NCBI RefSeq assembly: GCF_001194135.2
Contig: NC_069002.1
Coordinates: forward strand, 30,215,938 to 30,260,509
Origin: Octopus bimaculoides
Lineage: Eukaryota
DNA: 44,572 bases
Direction of reading: 5' to 3'
The position numbers were made by a program, and so were the translations under genes. How positions within the stretch are numbered: position 1 is the first letter of the stretch; each line of letters starts with the position of its first letter. Positions 23,901-35,721 of the stretch are shown in pieces. The notes beneath the pieces were generated by a model that was given only the letters and a program-made list of their open reading frames with translations, was not told where the DNA came from and made no database searches.

Positions 23901-24807
23901 CGTCTATTGAGGTGAAAACAATTAATGGCGTGGAATGTAAACAACGGTGTCATGGGATCTTTTCCCTTGAATAAAATTAGTCCCGTTGTTTGTCAACAAC
24001 AACTACCCGTGTTACTCTTATTTATGACATCNNNNNNNNNNNNNNNNNNNNNNNNNNNNNNNNNNNNNNNNNNNNNNNNNNNNNNNNNNNNNNNNNNNNN
24101 NNNNNNNNNNNNNNNNNNNNNNNNNNNNNNNNNNNNNNNNNNNNNNNNNNNNNNNNNNNNNNNNNNNNNNNNNNNNNNNNNNNNNNNNNNNNNNNNNNNN
24201 NNNNNNNNNNNNNNNNNNNNNNNNNNNNNNNNNNNNNNNNNNNNNNNNNNNNNNNNNNNNNNNNNNNNNNNNNNNNNNNNNNNNNNNNNNNNNNNNNNNN
24301 NNNNNNNNNNNNNNNNNNNNNNNNNNNNNNNNNNNNNNNNNNNNNNNNNNNNNNNNNNNNNNNNNNNNNNNNNNNNNNNNNNNNNNNNNNNNNNNNNNNN
24401 NNNNNNNNNNNNNNNNNNNNNNNNNNNNNNNNNNNNNNNNNNNNNNNNNNNNNNNNNNNNNNNNNNNNNNNNNNNNNNNNNNNNNNNNNNNNNNNNNNNN
24501 NNNNNNNNNNNNNNNNNNNNNNNNNNNNNNNNNNNNNNNNNNNNNNNNNNNNNNNNNNNNNNNNNNNNNNNNNNNNNNNNNNNNNNNNNNNNNNNNNNNN
24601 NNNNNNNNNNNNNNNNNNNNNNNNNNNNNNNNNNNNNNNNNNNNNNNNNNNNNNNNNNNNNNNNNNNNNNNNNNNNNNNNNNNNNNNNNNNNNNNNNNNN
24701 NNNNNNNNNNNNNNNNNNNNNNNNNNNNNNNNNNNNNNNNNNNNNNNNNNNNNNNNNNNNNNNNNNNNNNNNNNNNNNNNNNNNNNNNNNNNNNNNNNNN
24801 NNNNNNN

Positions 24808-24863
<56 letters not shown>

Positions 24864-24941
24864 TATATATATATATACGCACACATATATATACAATATA
24901 TATATACATATATATATACAAATATATGTATAAATATATAT

Positions 24942-25322
24942 ATCATCATCATTGTTTAGCGTCCACTTTCCATGCTAGCATGGGTTGGACGATCTGACTG
25001 AGGACTGGCGAACCAAATTGCACCAGGCTCCAATCTGATCTGGAAGAGTTTCTACAGCTGGATGCCCTTCCTAATGCCAACCACTCCGAGAGTGTAGTGG
25101 GTGCTTTTTATGTGCCACCGGCACGAGGGCCGGTCAGACGGTACTGGCAACGGCCACGCTCAAAATGATGTTTTTTTTTTACGTGCCACCTGCAGAGGAG
25201 CCAGTCCAATGGCACTGGCAACGACCTCGCTTGAATGTTTTTTCAAGTGCCAGTAAGGCAGCACTGGTAACAATCATGCTCAAACGGTGCTATTTATGTG
25301 CCACTGGCACAGGTGCCAGTCA
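24942..25322 (-). mobile_element. Family C copy
   Basis: Reverse complement of 26722-27058. Confidence 0.8.
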
Positions 25323-25360
25323 TCGAATTTGGTTCAATTATTATTATTATTATTATCATC

Positions 25361-25590
25361 AAGGTGGCGAGCTGGCAGAATCGTTAGCACGCTGGGCAAA
25401 ATGCTGAGCAGTATTTCGTCTGCTGTTACGTTCTGAGTTCAAATTCCACCAAGGTCGACTTTGCCTTTCATCGTTTTGGGGTCGATAAAATTAGTACCAG
25501 TGAAACACTGGGGTCAATGTAATTGACTTAATCCCTTCCCCACATTTGAAGCCTTGTGCTTCCAGTAGAAAGGATTATTCATCATCATCA
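25361..25590 (+). mobile_element. SINE family B copy
   Basis: aaggtggcgagctggcagaatcgttagcac ... agaaaggattatt. Confidence 0.85.
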
Positions 25591-25592
25591 TC

Positions 25593-26380
25593 ATTATTAT
25601 TATCTGTTTGACTTTTCCTTTGTATTTGTACAAGTTGGCTCCTAGTCCCACCCAGAAACCTCAAGAGACAACAAGTTAGAAGTTCATGTTGGTGTTATGC
25701 CTAGGGTGTCATATATTTGGATTTGCACATAGTGTTGTTCTAGAGAATGTTTAAGAAACCATAAGAAAATTATGAGTTTGTTTTAAAATTTGAGATTACA
25801 CAGACAGTATATTATGTAGGATACGGGCAGTTCCCATGAGCACCATCTTTTGAATTTCTGCCATTTTGGGGTTTCCTGGTATCTGAGCTAGGTAGGAATC
25901 AGCCCCTTTATGCTATCATTCCTAGGGCACCTATGACAACAAATATTGTTTTAGTCTTCATGTTCCACATTTTGCCAATTTCTATTTCAAGATCTTTATA
26001 CTTGCTCAGTTTTTAGTAGATCTTAACAGATACATCTATGTCAATTGGAACAATCACATCAATGAGGAGGCATGATTTTTGTCTGAAGTCTTTCAGTATG
26101 ATGTCTGGTCTATTCGCATCTATCTTTCTGTCAGTTTGAACGGTGAAATTCCAGAGGAATGAGATGTGATAATTTTCAAGTACTGGGGGTGGTTTGTTGT
26201 TCCCACCAGTTTTTACCATGGGGCAGGTCAAGGTTTTTGCAAATTACCCAGTGAATATACTGTGCAGCTCTATCATGCCTGTTGAGATACTCTGTAGGCA
26301 CAAGAAGACTGCACATGGAGACAACATGATCAATGGTTTCATTTTGTTGTTGACATACACAATGGCTGTCAAGTGGTAGG
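25593..26380 (-). mobile_element. 5'-truncated R4/Dong-type non-LTR retrotransposon (CCHC knuckle, restriction-like endonuclease, 3' UTR, TAA tail), decayed
   Basis: Minus strand reads CQQQNETIDHVVSMC, PTEYLNRHDRAAQYIHWVICKNL, LWNFTVQTDRKIDANRPDIILKD..CLLIDV, KYKDLEIEIGKMW, VVIGALG and GTARILHNILSV* (stop 25796-25798), with frameshifts. Confidence 0.85.
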
Positions 26381-26721
26381 GGTGGAGATTAACACAAATG
26401 CATACACACACACATACACTATTGGTTTCTTTCGGTTTCTGTTTACTCCGATGCTGTGGTTGGCCCAGGCCTATGGTAAAAAAAACTTCCCCAAGGTGCC
26501 ATAATGTGGGGGTGGGGACTGAACTGTCAATAACCCTAATCCAATCTGGCGAACAATTTGTGATTAAGGCTATTCACATACACCAATGATGATGGTGATG
26601 ATTGTTGTTGACATTGTATCATTACTGTTGCTGTTTGTCGTTGTTTTTGTTATGGCTGTTGTTGTTGCTGCATGAGTTCTCTTCATGTTCATGTTACTGT
26701 TGTTGTACTGGACAGTTTTAT

Positions 26722-27058
26722 GATGGCACCTGTGCCCAGCGTCGCCTTCCTGGCATGTGTAAAGACATTCGAGTGAGATTGGTGCCAGTGCCGCTGGACT
26801 GACTCCTGTGCAGGTGGCACGTAAAATACACCATTTTGAGCGTGGCCGTTGCCAGTACCGCCTGACTGGCCTTCGTGCCGGTGGCACGTAAAAGCACCCA
26901 CTATACTCTCGGAGTGGTTGGCGTTAGGAAGGGCATCCAGCTGTAGAAACTCTGCCATATCAGATTGGAGCCTGGTGTAGGGATCTGGTTCACCAGTCCT
27001 CAGTCAAATCGTCCAACCCATGCTAGCATGGAAAGCGGACGTTAAACGATGATGATGA
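26722..27058 (+). mobile_element. SINE/retroposon family C with (GAT)n tail
   Basis: ggttggcgttaggaagggcatccagctgtagaaac core and ccatgctagcatggaaagcggacgttaaacgatgatgatg tail. Other copies at 19277-19368, 24942-25322, 29345-29525 and 31228-31400. Confidence 0.8.
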
Positions 27059-27165
27059 ACTCATATTATACATTCAAGTGTGACAGATTAATCTTGGTGT
27101 TGTGTATCATTAAAGTATGAGTATAGGATATAGTACAGGGGTTATAGAACAGTATAGTAGGATGT

Positions 27166-27432
27166 GAGATTTACTATAGAGCTGTAGTGTAATATTGATT
27201 ATTGAGGTGTAGTTTAATATTTACTACAGAGCTGTTGTGTGATATTTACAATAGAAATGTAATGCAATATTTACTACAATAATATCACACAACACTATAT
27301 TTATTTTAGAGGTGTGGTGTGATATTTCTATAGATGTGTTTACTATAAAGATGTAGAGTGATATCTATTATAGAGGTGTAGTATTATATTTACTATAGAG
27401 GTGTCATGTAGAATGATGTTTACTATAGACTA
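27166..27432. repeat. Degenerate minisatellite of about 25 bp
   Basis: Recurrent atatttactatagaggtgtagtgt variants. Confidence 0.6.
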
Positions 27433-27521
27433 TTTCTTACAGTTATACCTACAGATTTTCTATAAAAATTAGAACCAGTATTGACTTATATATAAGCCTT
27501 TAATATACATCGTAGTATATC

Positions 27522-27953
27522 CTTTACTACTCTAGGCACAAGGCCCGAAATTTTGGGGGAGGGGTGGGCAGTCGATTAGATCGAGCCAGTACGCAACTGG
27601 TACTTAAGTTATTGACCCCGAAAGGATGAAAGGCTAAGTCGATCTCGGTGGAATATGAACTCAGAACATAAAGACAGACGAAATACCGCTAAGCATTTTG
27701 CCCGACGTGCTAACGTTTCTTATTTCTTTACTGCCCACAAGGGGCTACACACAGAGGGGACAAACATAGACAGACAAAGGGATTAAGTCGATTACATCGA
27801 CTCCAGTGCGTAACTGGTACTTAATTTATCCACCCCGAAAGGATGAAAAGCAAAATCGAACTCGGCGGAATTTGAACTCAGAACGTAAAGATAGACGAAA
27901 TACCACGAAGCATTTCGTCCGACGTGCTAACGATTCTACCAGTTCGCCGCCTT
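27522..27953 (-). mobile_element. Two tandem SINE family B copies
   Basis: ccccgaaaggatgaaag...gaactcagaac...gctaacg occurs twice in reverse orientation. Confidence 0.8.
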
Positions 27954-28066
27954 ATACATCATAGTATATTATGGTTGCATAACGAAATGCGGTGTCCCCC
28001 ACCAACAATTAATATTTACTATAGCTGGGCTAGTTTAGTGTGGTGTACAGTAGAGAGGGTTCGGGT

Positions 28067-28084
28067 TTAGGGTTAGGGTTAGGG
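28067..28084 (+). repeat. (TTAGGG)3 interstitial telomere-like repeat
   Basis: Three exact units preceded by gggttcgggt. Confidence 0.7.
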
Positions 28085-29344
28085 CTTTTGTTAAGCTGAA
28101 AACAGGTGGTGTACGTATTCTTTACCTCTGCCCAGGAATGTAGTTGGGGATATAACATGGTGGTGTAGTGTAGTATGTAGAAATGTATAGTGTAGAAGTA
28201 TGTTTTATTGTTGTTATATTGGTCTGTAGTGACAGTGTAGTAGTATTAGTGTAAGTAATGGCATAGTGGTATTGTTGGAGTGTCGGAGGTGCTGGCTGGA
28301 GTGTTAGCAATAGTGCAGTGCTTGTGTTGTACTGAAGAGAGGTGTTATCCAATAGATGTTAAGTTTACATACCAATATCGACTTTTGTTGCCGCCGTTGG
28401 TGTTGTTTAGTCCCAAGTAAGCTTCGACAGAGCCTATCTGTGATCAAAGACGTTCAAACCGTGACCATCACCGACTATTAGATCCACGATCAGACTATCC
28501 AATATGTCCTTCACTTTTTTTTAAGGGGGGTGAGATTTGGCTGCTATTTCTAGCAACTCGAACGTCCATATAGTGACTTCCTGGTTTGTTGTTGTTGTGT
28601 AGAATTCCTCGTGTTACGTTTGTATGTGTTTTTCGCTTTCATTTAATGAAATCAAAGAATAACCTTTTGTTTTGTTATTATTTTTTTAAAACAGATGGCC
28701 TGAAATTTTCATCTTGGTTGTGACAGTTAATATAATTTCGTTTCGTATTTTCTTTATTTCTGCCCTCATAAGACATGTTTTAAATAAACAAGCTGTTACC
28801 ATTCACGTTATCGTTTCTTTATTTACGCATTTATGTCGTTGTTAAAGCTTAGATCGATGTTTTTGTTACTGAAATGCCATCCACGGCTGCCCCGACACCT
28901 CCCTCAACAGAATTGACCAAGAACGAAACCACATCCATTCTTTCTGCTTCATTAGACACTAACGACGGCCTTTACCTTTCATCCATCCGTGGAACCGATA
29001 AAATGAAGTACCAATCAAGTGCTGGGACGGTTTATATTGCTGTAAAACATCCTCGATGTGAGTGGAATTAGAAAAAAAGACATCGATATCATTTCCTTCC
29101 GTGTTTGGTTCAATATTGATAGAGAACAGACACAGTGGGCGGTGATAGATTAGATAAAGTCCCGTCATATATATATTTCCGGTAAAGCGTTCAATTGTTT
29201 TCTTGCACAGACGAGGTCTTGCCTTCAATTTCTTCCTAACTCGATATATATATATATTTTTTCCTTATTGAGAATCTAATCAACTTTACGGGTGTGTGTG
29301 TGTGTGTTTAACGATAACAGATTAAGTACCCAATACAATAGTAG

Positions 29345-29525
29345 TCATCATCATCATCATCATCATCATCGTTTAACGTCCGCCCTCCATGCTAGCATGG
29401 GTTGGACGATTTGACTGAGGACTGGTGTACCAGATGGCTACACCAGGCTCCAATCTGATTTGGCAGAGTTTCTACAGCTGGATGCCCTTCCTAACACCAA
29501 CCACTCCGAGAGTGTAGTGGGTGCT
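29345..29525 (-). mobile_element. Family C 3' fragment
   Basis: (cat)n cgtttaacgtcc ... ggatgcccttcctaac. Confidence 0.8.
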
Positions 29526-30004
29526 AGTCTAGTTTTATATTTTTCAATGTTTCTTTTTTTTCTCAATTTTTTGAATGTGTTTCTTGCTGTTTGAAATAAC
29601 ACAATTCCTATTTCTCTCATCAAAGTTTCTAGACCTTCACAGTTTCATTTTCATCTTCACTGNNNNNNNNNNNNNNNNNNNNNNNNNNNNNNNNNNNNNN
29701 NNNNNNNNNNNNNNNNNNNNNNNNNNNNNNNNNNNNNNNNNNNNNNNNNNNNNNNNNNNNNNNNNNNNNNNNNNNNNNNNNNNNNNNNNNNNNNNNNNNN
29801 NNNNNNNNNNNNNNNNNNNNNNNNNNNNNNNNNNNNNNNNNNNNNNNNNNNNNNNNNNNNNNNNNNNNNNNNNNNNNNNNNNNNNNNNNNNNNNNNNNNN
29901 NNNNNNNNNNNNNNNNNNNNNNNNNNNNNNNNNNNNNNNNNNNNNNNNNNNNNNNNNNNNNNNNNNNNNNNNNNNNNNNNNNNNNNNNNNNNNNNNNNNN
30001 NNNN

Positions 30005-30037
<33 letters not shown>

Positions 30038-31440
30038 TATACATAGGTGGGGTGGGAGCAAAATTAGTAATCGGGGTACAATGAGTAACCTCTGATTTCT
30101 GGTTATTTTCTCCCTGCCTGTTTGAAATATTTATATTGAAAGTATTGCATCATCATTTTGTACTGTTGCATCATCTGTAAGAGTGAAAATTGTTCAACAT
30201 AATTGTTGTTGTTGAGAGAGTCTGAAACATAGGTGGCAGGTCCTTTTTGCAAGAAATTTTGACTCAACTTTGATCCAGTTGTCATTGAGGCTGCTAATAA
30301 AATATCTGGATAATTTTTGCTGTTTAACAATCAGTATTCTTTGCTCTGTTCGATTCGAAGTTCAATATTTTTTACACATTAATGTAATTTTTTTTACACA
30401 TTAATGTCTAATTTGATAATTTTCAACTTAAAAAAAAAAATCTAAAATGGGGTAAAATGAGTAATGTCTAATTCCAATAATTTCTTCTCTTTGACTTCAT
30501 GGTGAGTTAATATATCACTAAGAGAGACACTCCAACAGATCGTGAAGAAGCTATAGAGAATATTTTATGTTAAGTTTTCTTTTTATATNNNNNNNNNNNN
30601 NNNNNNNNNNNNNNNNNNNNNNNNNNNNNNNNNNNNNNNNNNNNNNNNNNNNNNNNNNNNNNNNNNNNNNNNNNNNNNNNNNNNNNNNNNNNNNNNNNNN
30701 NNNNNNNNNNNNNNNNNNNNNNNNNNNNNNNNNNNNNNNNNNNNNNNNNNNNNNNNNNNNNNNNNNNNNNNNNNNNNNNNNNNNNNNNNNNNNNNNNNNN
30801 NNNNNNNNNNNNNNNNNNNNNNNNNNNNNNNNNNNNNNNNNNNNNNNNNNNNNNNNNNNNNNNNNNNNNNNNNNNNNNNNNNNNNNNNNNNNNNNNNNNN
30901 NNNNNNNNNNNNNNNNNNNNNNNNNNNNNNNNNNNNNNNNNNNNNNNNNNNNNNNNNNNNNNNNNNNNNNNNNNNNNNNNNNNNNTCCCTGCTTCCACTC
31001 TGAAGGGTTTTTTTGGTTAACTTGAAGCTTTTGTAGAAGATGGTATTGCAATGCGGTAGGATCGAACTTAGAACCACATCATCTCCCTCCTTTTCCCTTT
31101 CTTTCTTTCCTTCTTTCTTTCTTTCTTTCTTTCTCCCTCTTCCTTTATTCCATGTAATTATCAGCGTCTTATCAATTTGGTTATATAGCTTCTTTAATTT
31201 ATTTCTTACATTTTTAATGTAATTAAAGCACCCAGTACACTCTGTAAAGTGGTTGGCATTAGGAAGGGCATCCAGCCATAGAAACTGTTGCCAAATCAGA
31301 CATGGAACCAGGCAGCTCCTGTCAGCCTGTCCATCACAGCATGAAAAAGGACGTTAAATGATGATGTTAAATGATGATGATGATGATGATGATGACGATG
31401 ATATGTTATGTCTTGTTTATATTTCTGTTTTTGTTTATTT

Positions 31441-31467
31441 TATTTTCTATCTTTTTGTGCTTCTTAG
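31441..31467 (+). promoter_or_regulatory. Candidate 3' splice site of a 5'-UTR intron of the GAA-like gene
   Basis: Long pyrimidine tract ending ttcttag at 31467, 245 nt upstream of the ATG. Confidence 0.45.
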
Positions 31468-31712
31468 AAAAACTGAATAAATAGTTGCTGAGTATTCCAA
31501 AGTCAACAGTAACAGCAACAGTCACAGAAACACCAAGAATAAATATTGGTAACTATAGCAACCAGAGAATCATCAAGAATCAAAGAGAAATTAACAAGCA
31601 CAGAAGTTCTCAAGAATTACAACGTTCGTAGCAGCAGCAACAATACCAACAGAAACAGCAAACAGAAACGGCAAACAGAAACGGCAAACAGAATAACCAC
31701 CCTACCACCAAA

Positions 31713-32108
31713 ATGTTCCAGGTTTTCGCTTATATTACGTGTTTCTTTACATTCACCACATTCTTCATTTATTGGCCGCTCTATTATTTCTCAGACTGCT
31801 GTTTCCAACCAACTGATCATCGAGACTCGTATTGCAGCATCGCTACCAATGACCGTTTTGACTGCCATCCAGAGTTGGGTGCCTCAGAGAAATCCTGCAA
31901 GGAAAGAGGATGTTGTTGGGATGAGATGTCAGAATTTGCATGTTTCTATCCCCCAAATTTTGTGGGTTATATCTTCAACAAATCTGCCGTCACAAAGACA
32001 GGATATTCTTACAGGCTGAGTCGTAGCAAACCTTCACCATTTCCCAAAGATATTGCAGAGATCCAAATGGATGTTTATTTTGAAACAAAGACAAGACTAC
32101 ATATCAAA
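31713..32108 (+). CDS. GAA: GH31 lysosomal alpha-glucosidase-like, coding exon 1 (signal anchor, trefoil/P-type domain, start of N-terminal beta domain)
   Basis: ATG at 31713 with an in-frame TAG upstream at 31629-31631. Hydrophobic FQVFAYITCFFTFTTFFIYWPLYYF is followed by a six-Cys trefoil CSIATNDRFDCHPELGASEKSCKERGCCWDEMSEFACFYP and VYFETKTRLHIK. Donor AAA|gtaaga, phase 0. Confidence 0.88.
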
Positions 32109-32175
32109 GTAAGAGTAAATAATTCTATTTCTAAATTCTTTAATCTCATTCTTTTGCATGTGAGAATTGTATATA

Positions 32176-32339
32176 TGAGGGGGTGCTGAAAAGTTCCTGG
32201 CTTTAAGGGTATCACGAAAGGCTTGCTTGGAGGCCCAACCTTCTGAGTTCTTTTACAGGGCTTAGAAAAATTGAAGGGCCACTGCAATAAGTGTGTGTGA
32301 ATCTGAGAGAGGAATATGTTGAATAAAATCATGATTAAC
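32176..32339. mobile_element. Mariner-like MITE, copy 3 (runs into gap), in GAA intron
   Basis: tgagggggtgctgaaaagttcctggc left end and the same interior. Confidence 0.75.
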
Positions 32340-32591
32340 NNNNNNNNNNNNNNNNNNNNNNNNNNNNNNNNNNNNNNNNNNNNNNNNNNNNNNNNNNNNN
32401 NNNNNNNNNNNNNNNNNNNNNNNNNNNNNNNNNNNNNNNNNNNNNNNNNNNNNNNNNNNNNNNNNNNNNNNNNNNNNNNNNNNNNNNNNNNNNNNNNNNN
32501 NNNNNNNNNNNNNNNNNNNNNNNNNNNNNNNNNNNNNNNNNNNNNNNNNNNNNNNNNNNNNNNNNNNNNNNNNNNNNNNNNNNNNNNNNNN

Positions 32592-32622
<31 letters not shown>

Positions 32623-32738
32623 TCACTGCTTGGAATCAAACTCGGAATCTTGTGGTTAAGAGCGTGGGCTACTAACCCCAAAATTCCAAGTTTGATTCCA
32701 GGCAGTGACCTGAATAATAATAATAATAATAATAATAA
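32592..32738. mobile_element. Head-to-head pair of short tRNA-derived SINEs with (AAT)n tails forming a hairpin
   Basis: tattcaggtcactgcttggaatcaaactcggaatctt is the reverse complement of aaaattccaagtttgattccaggcagtgacctgaata. Confidence 0.7.
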
Positions 32739-32991
32739 CAACATCGAAAATATATATATATTATGTACACACACATACACACAGAGGTTTTATTGATGGC
32801 TAGCTTAGATTTCAGTTGAGAAGAATCTTATTGTTACATTTTAAACAAATTTCCCTAAGGCATCCAGGAATCCCAGGTTCAAACCACACCAGGTCTTATA
32901 GTTATATCTTTGTCCACATCTTCCATTCTGTTCTATATTTCTTGCTTTTGTTTATCTCAGATCTAAACACTTGATGCTTTTCTGCTTCCAG

Positions 32992-33158
32992 ATATATGAC
33001 CCTCACCACAAACGCTATGAAATACCATTCGAAGTACCAAAAGTTAACAAGCGGGCTCAACATGTCAGATATTCTTTCAAGACAGCTGATATCGGCAAAC
33101 CTTTCCAGTTTAATGTTTCTCGGTTCAATCCCAGCACAGAAACCGTCGGAACAACTCT
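32992..33158 (+). CDS. GAA: GAA-like coding exon 2
   Basis: Acceptor tgcttccag|, reads IYDPHHKRYEIPFEVP...VGTTL (GH31 DPxxxRYEVP motif). Donor CT|gtatgt, 167 nt, phase 0 to 2. Confidence 0.88.
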
Positions 33159-33192
33159 GTATGTTGTGTGTTTTGTTTTTAAACTTTGGTTA

Positions 33193-33458
33193 GCTGCTGC
33201 TGCTGCTGCTTCTTCTTCTTCTTCTTCTTCTTCTTTTTCTTTTTCTTCTTCTTCTTCTTCTTCTTCTTCTTCTTCTTCTTCTTCTTCTTCTTCTTTTTCT
33301 TCTTCTTCTTCTTCTTCTTCTTCTTTTTCTTCTTCTTCTTCTTCTTCTTCTTCTTCTTCTTCTTCTTCTTCTTCTTCTTTTTCTTCTTCTTCTTCTTCTT
33401 CTTCTTTTTCTTCTTCTTCTTCTTCTTCTTCTTCTTCTTCTTCTTCTTCTTCTTCTTT
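33193..33458. repeat. (GCT)n-(TTC)n microsatellite
   Basis: Directly visible. Confidence 0.95.
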
Positions 33459-33730
33459 ATGTGTGTGCTAGAGTGTGTATTTGTCTGTGTGATTTTCACC
33501 ACCATCCATGGGCGACTGTTGGTCTTCCATAAATAACCTTGCCTGGACTTGTGCCTTGGAGGGAAACTTTCTTAGTGCAATCCCATGGTCATTCAATACC
33601 AAAGAGGGTCTTTACCCTTTACACTTTTATACATGATTATAAAATCAGTAGGGTCCTTGTTTGGGTTATAATGTTTTAGACTGCATTTTTCAGTTGGTGT
33701 AAAGTAGGTGATGGCTGGAATATGATGAAA

Positions 33731-34040
33731 AGCAGATATTGTGGGGCTGGCAGAAGGGGTCATACATTTTATGAGCTGGGAAAAGTGGGGTGCTTATTGC
33801 TGATCTAGGAAAATTAGGTGCACATTGTTTGGGTTAAGAAAAGGGACACATATTGCAGGGCAGCAAGAAATGGGGTACGCATTTTAGGGCAGGGAGAAGG
33901 GGACTTACAGGGGGCTAGGAAAAGGGATAATACATTGTAGGGCTAGAAGAAGGTGGGAGCACATTGGAGAGCTCAGAGAAGAAGGGAGAGCACATTGGAG
34001 GATTGAGAGAAGGGAGAACACATTGGAAAGACAGGAGAGA
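33731..34040. repeat. Degenerate purine-rich minisatellite of about 28-30 bp upstream of GAA exon 3
   Basis: Recurrent gcacattg.agggct.g.gaagggg variants. Confidence 0.5.
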
Positions 34041-34081
34041 GTAATGCATATTATTATTGTTTTTTTTTTGTTATATTTTAG

Positions 34082-34244
34082 ATTAGAAACTAAAGGTTCT
34101 CTGATATTTGCTGACCAATTCCTTCAGCTGTCTTACCAGTTACCTTCCAAATACATTTATGGTCTTGGAGAACATCACCTTCCACTCTTATTACCATTGG
34201 AAAACCAAAAACTAGCATTTTGGAATAAAGATCATGTCCCTGAG
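34082..34244 (+). CDS. GAA: GAA-like coding exon 3
   Basis: Acceptor atttttag|, reads LETKGSLIFADQFLQLSYQLPSKYIYGLGEH...AFWNKDHVPE. Donor GAG|gtaagc, 163 nt, phase 2 to 0. Confidence 0.92.
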
Positions 34245-34338
34245 GTAAGCAATCCAAGTTTTATTATCACAAAATCTCAATACTAAAATCACAACATATT
34301 AGCCACATAAAGTTAATATCATCATCATCATCATCATT

Positions 34339-34552
34339 AAGGTGGTGAGGTGACAGAATCGTTAGCACGCCACGTAAAACGCTTAGTGGTATTTCACCTG
34401 TTGCTACATTCTGAGTTCAAATTCCATCAAAGTCAACATTGTCTTTCATCCTTTCAGGGTTGATAAAATAAGTACCAGTGAAACACTGGGGTTGATGTAA
34501 TCAACTAGCCCCCTTCCCCAAAATTTCAGGCCTTGTGTCGTTAGTAGAAAGG

Positions 34553-34602
<50 letters not shown>

Positions 34603-34815
34603 GAAGAATGCAGCGAGCTGACAGAATCGTTAGCACGCCAGGTGAAATTAGTGATATTTCACCTGTTGTTACATTCTGAATTCAAATTCCACCAGGGTAG
34701 ACTTTGCCTTTCATTCTTCGGGCTCGATAAAATAAGTACCAGTGAAACACTGGGGTCGATGCAATCGACTAACCCCCTCCCCAGAATTTCAGGCCTTGTG
34801 CCTTCAATAGAAAGG

Positions 34816-34887
<72 letters not shown>

Positions 34888-35103
34888 AAGATGGCTTGCT
34901 GGCAGAATCGTTAGCACTCTGGGCAAAATGCTTAGCAGCATTTTGCCTGTCACTACGTTCTGAGTTCAAATTCTGCCGAGGTTGATTTTTGCCTTTCCTC
35001 CTTTCGGGGTCGATAAATTAAGTACCAGTAATCGACTTACCCACTTCCCCGAAACTTACCCACTTTCTATAGTAGAAAGGATCATCATCATCACCATCAC
35101 CAC

Positions 35104-35144
<41 letters not shown>

Positions 35145-35310
35145 AGGCAGAATTGTTTTTGCACACTGGACAAAATGTTTGGTGGCATTTTGTCTGTTTT
35201 TACATTCTGAGTTCAAATTCTGCAAAGGACAACTTTGCCTTTCATGCTTTCAGGGTTAATAAAACAAGTACCAGTTGAACGTTGGGGTTGATATGATCGA
35301 CTTAATTCTT
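34339..35310 (+). mobile_element. Head-to-tail array of four SINE family B copies separated by (ATT)n/(ATC)n
   Basis: Copies start near 34339, 34603, 34888 and 35144 and share cagaatcgttagcac, ttctgagttcaaatt, gtcgataaa.taagtaccag and agaaagg(att)n. Confidence 0.85.
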
Positions 35311-35721
35311 TGGCTATGCATCTTCTACAATAGCCCTGGGTCAACCAGAGCTTTGTGAGTGGATTTGGTAGACAGAAACTGGCAGACGCCCACCGTATGT
35401 ATGTGTGTGTGTGTGTATGTGTGTGTATTTATGTGTGTGTCTGTCTGTTTTTGCTCTCTGCCATCGCTTGACAACCGATGCTGGTGTGTTTACATCCCCC
35501 ATAACTTAGCAGTTCAGCAAAAGAGACCAATGGAATAAGTACTAGGCTTACAAAGAATGAGTCTTGGGGGGAGGGGGTTGATTCTTTTACTAAACACTTA
35601 AAGTGGTGTCCCAGCATGGCCACAGTCAACTGACTGAAACAAATAAAAGAATAAAAGAGTATGAGATTATAAAGAATTAATTCAAAATGGTGTGAATAAA
35701 TAAGGATTATATTTGACAGTA

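Noticed and set aside
30103-30330. Gln/Met-rich 75-aa minus ORF
   Set aside because: Homologous DNA at 1848-1955 does not keep the frame, so it is a dispersed repeat.
31546-32019. 157-aa ORF overlapping GAA exon 1
   Set aside because: Alternative frame starting at TTG; the trefoil and GH31 motifs lie in the 31713 frame.
33179-33536. Poly-K, poly-F and poly-S ORFs
   Set aside because: Translations of the (TTC)n repeat; the true exon ends at the 33159 donor.
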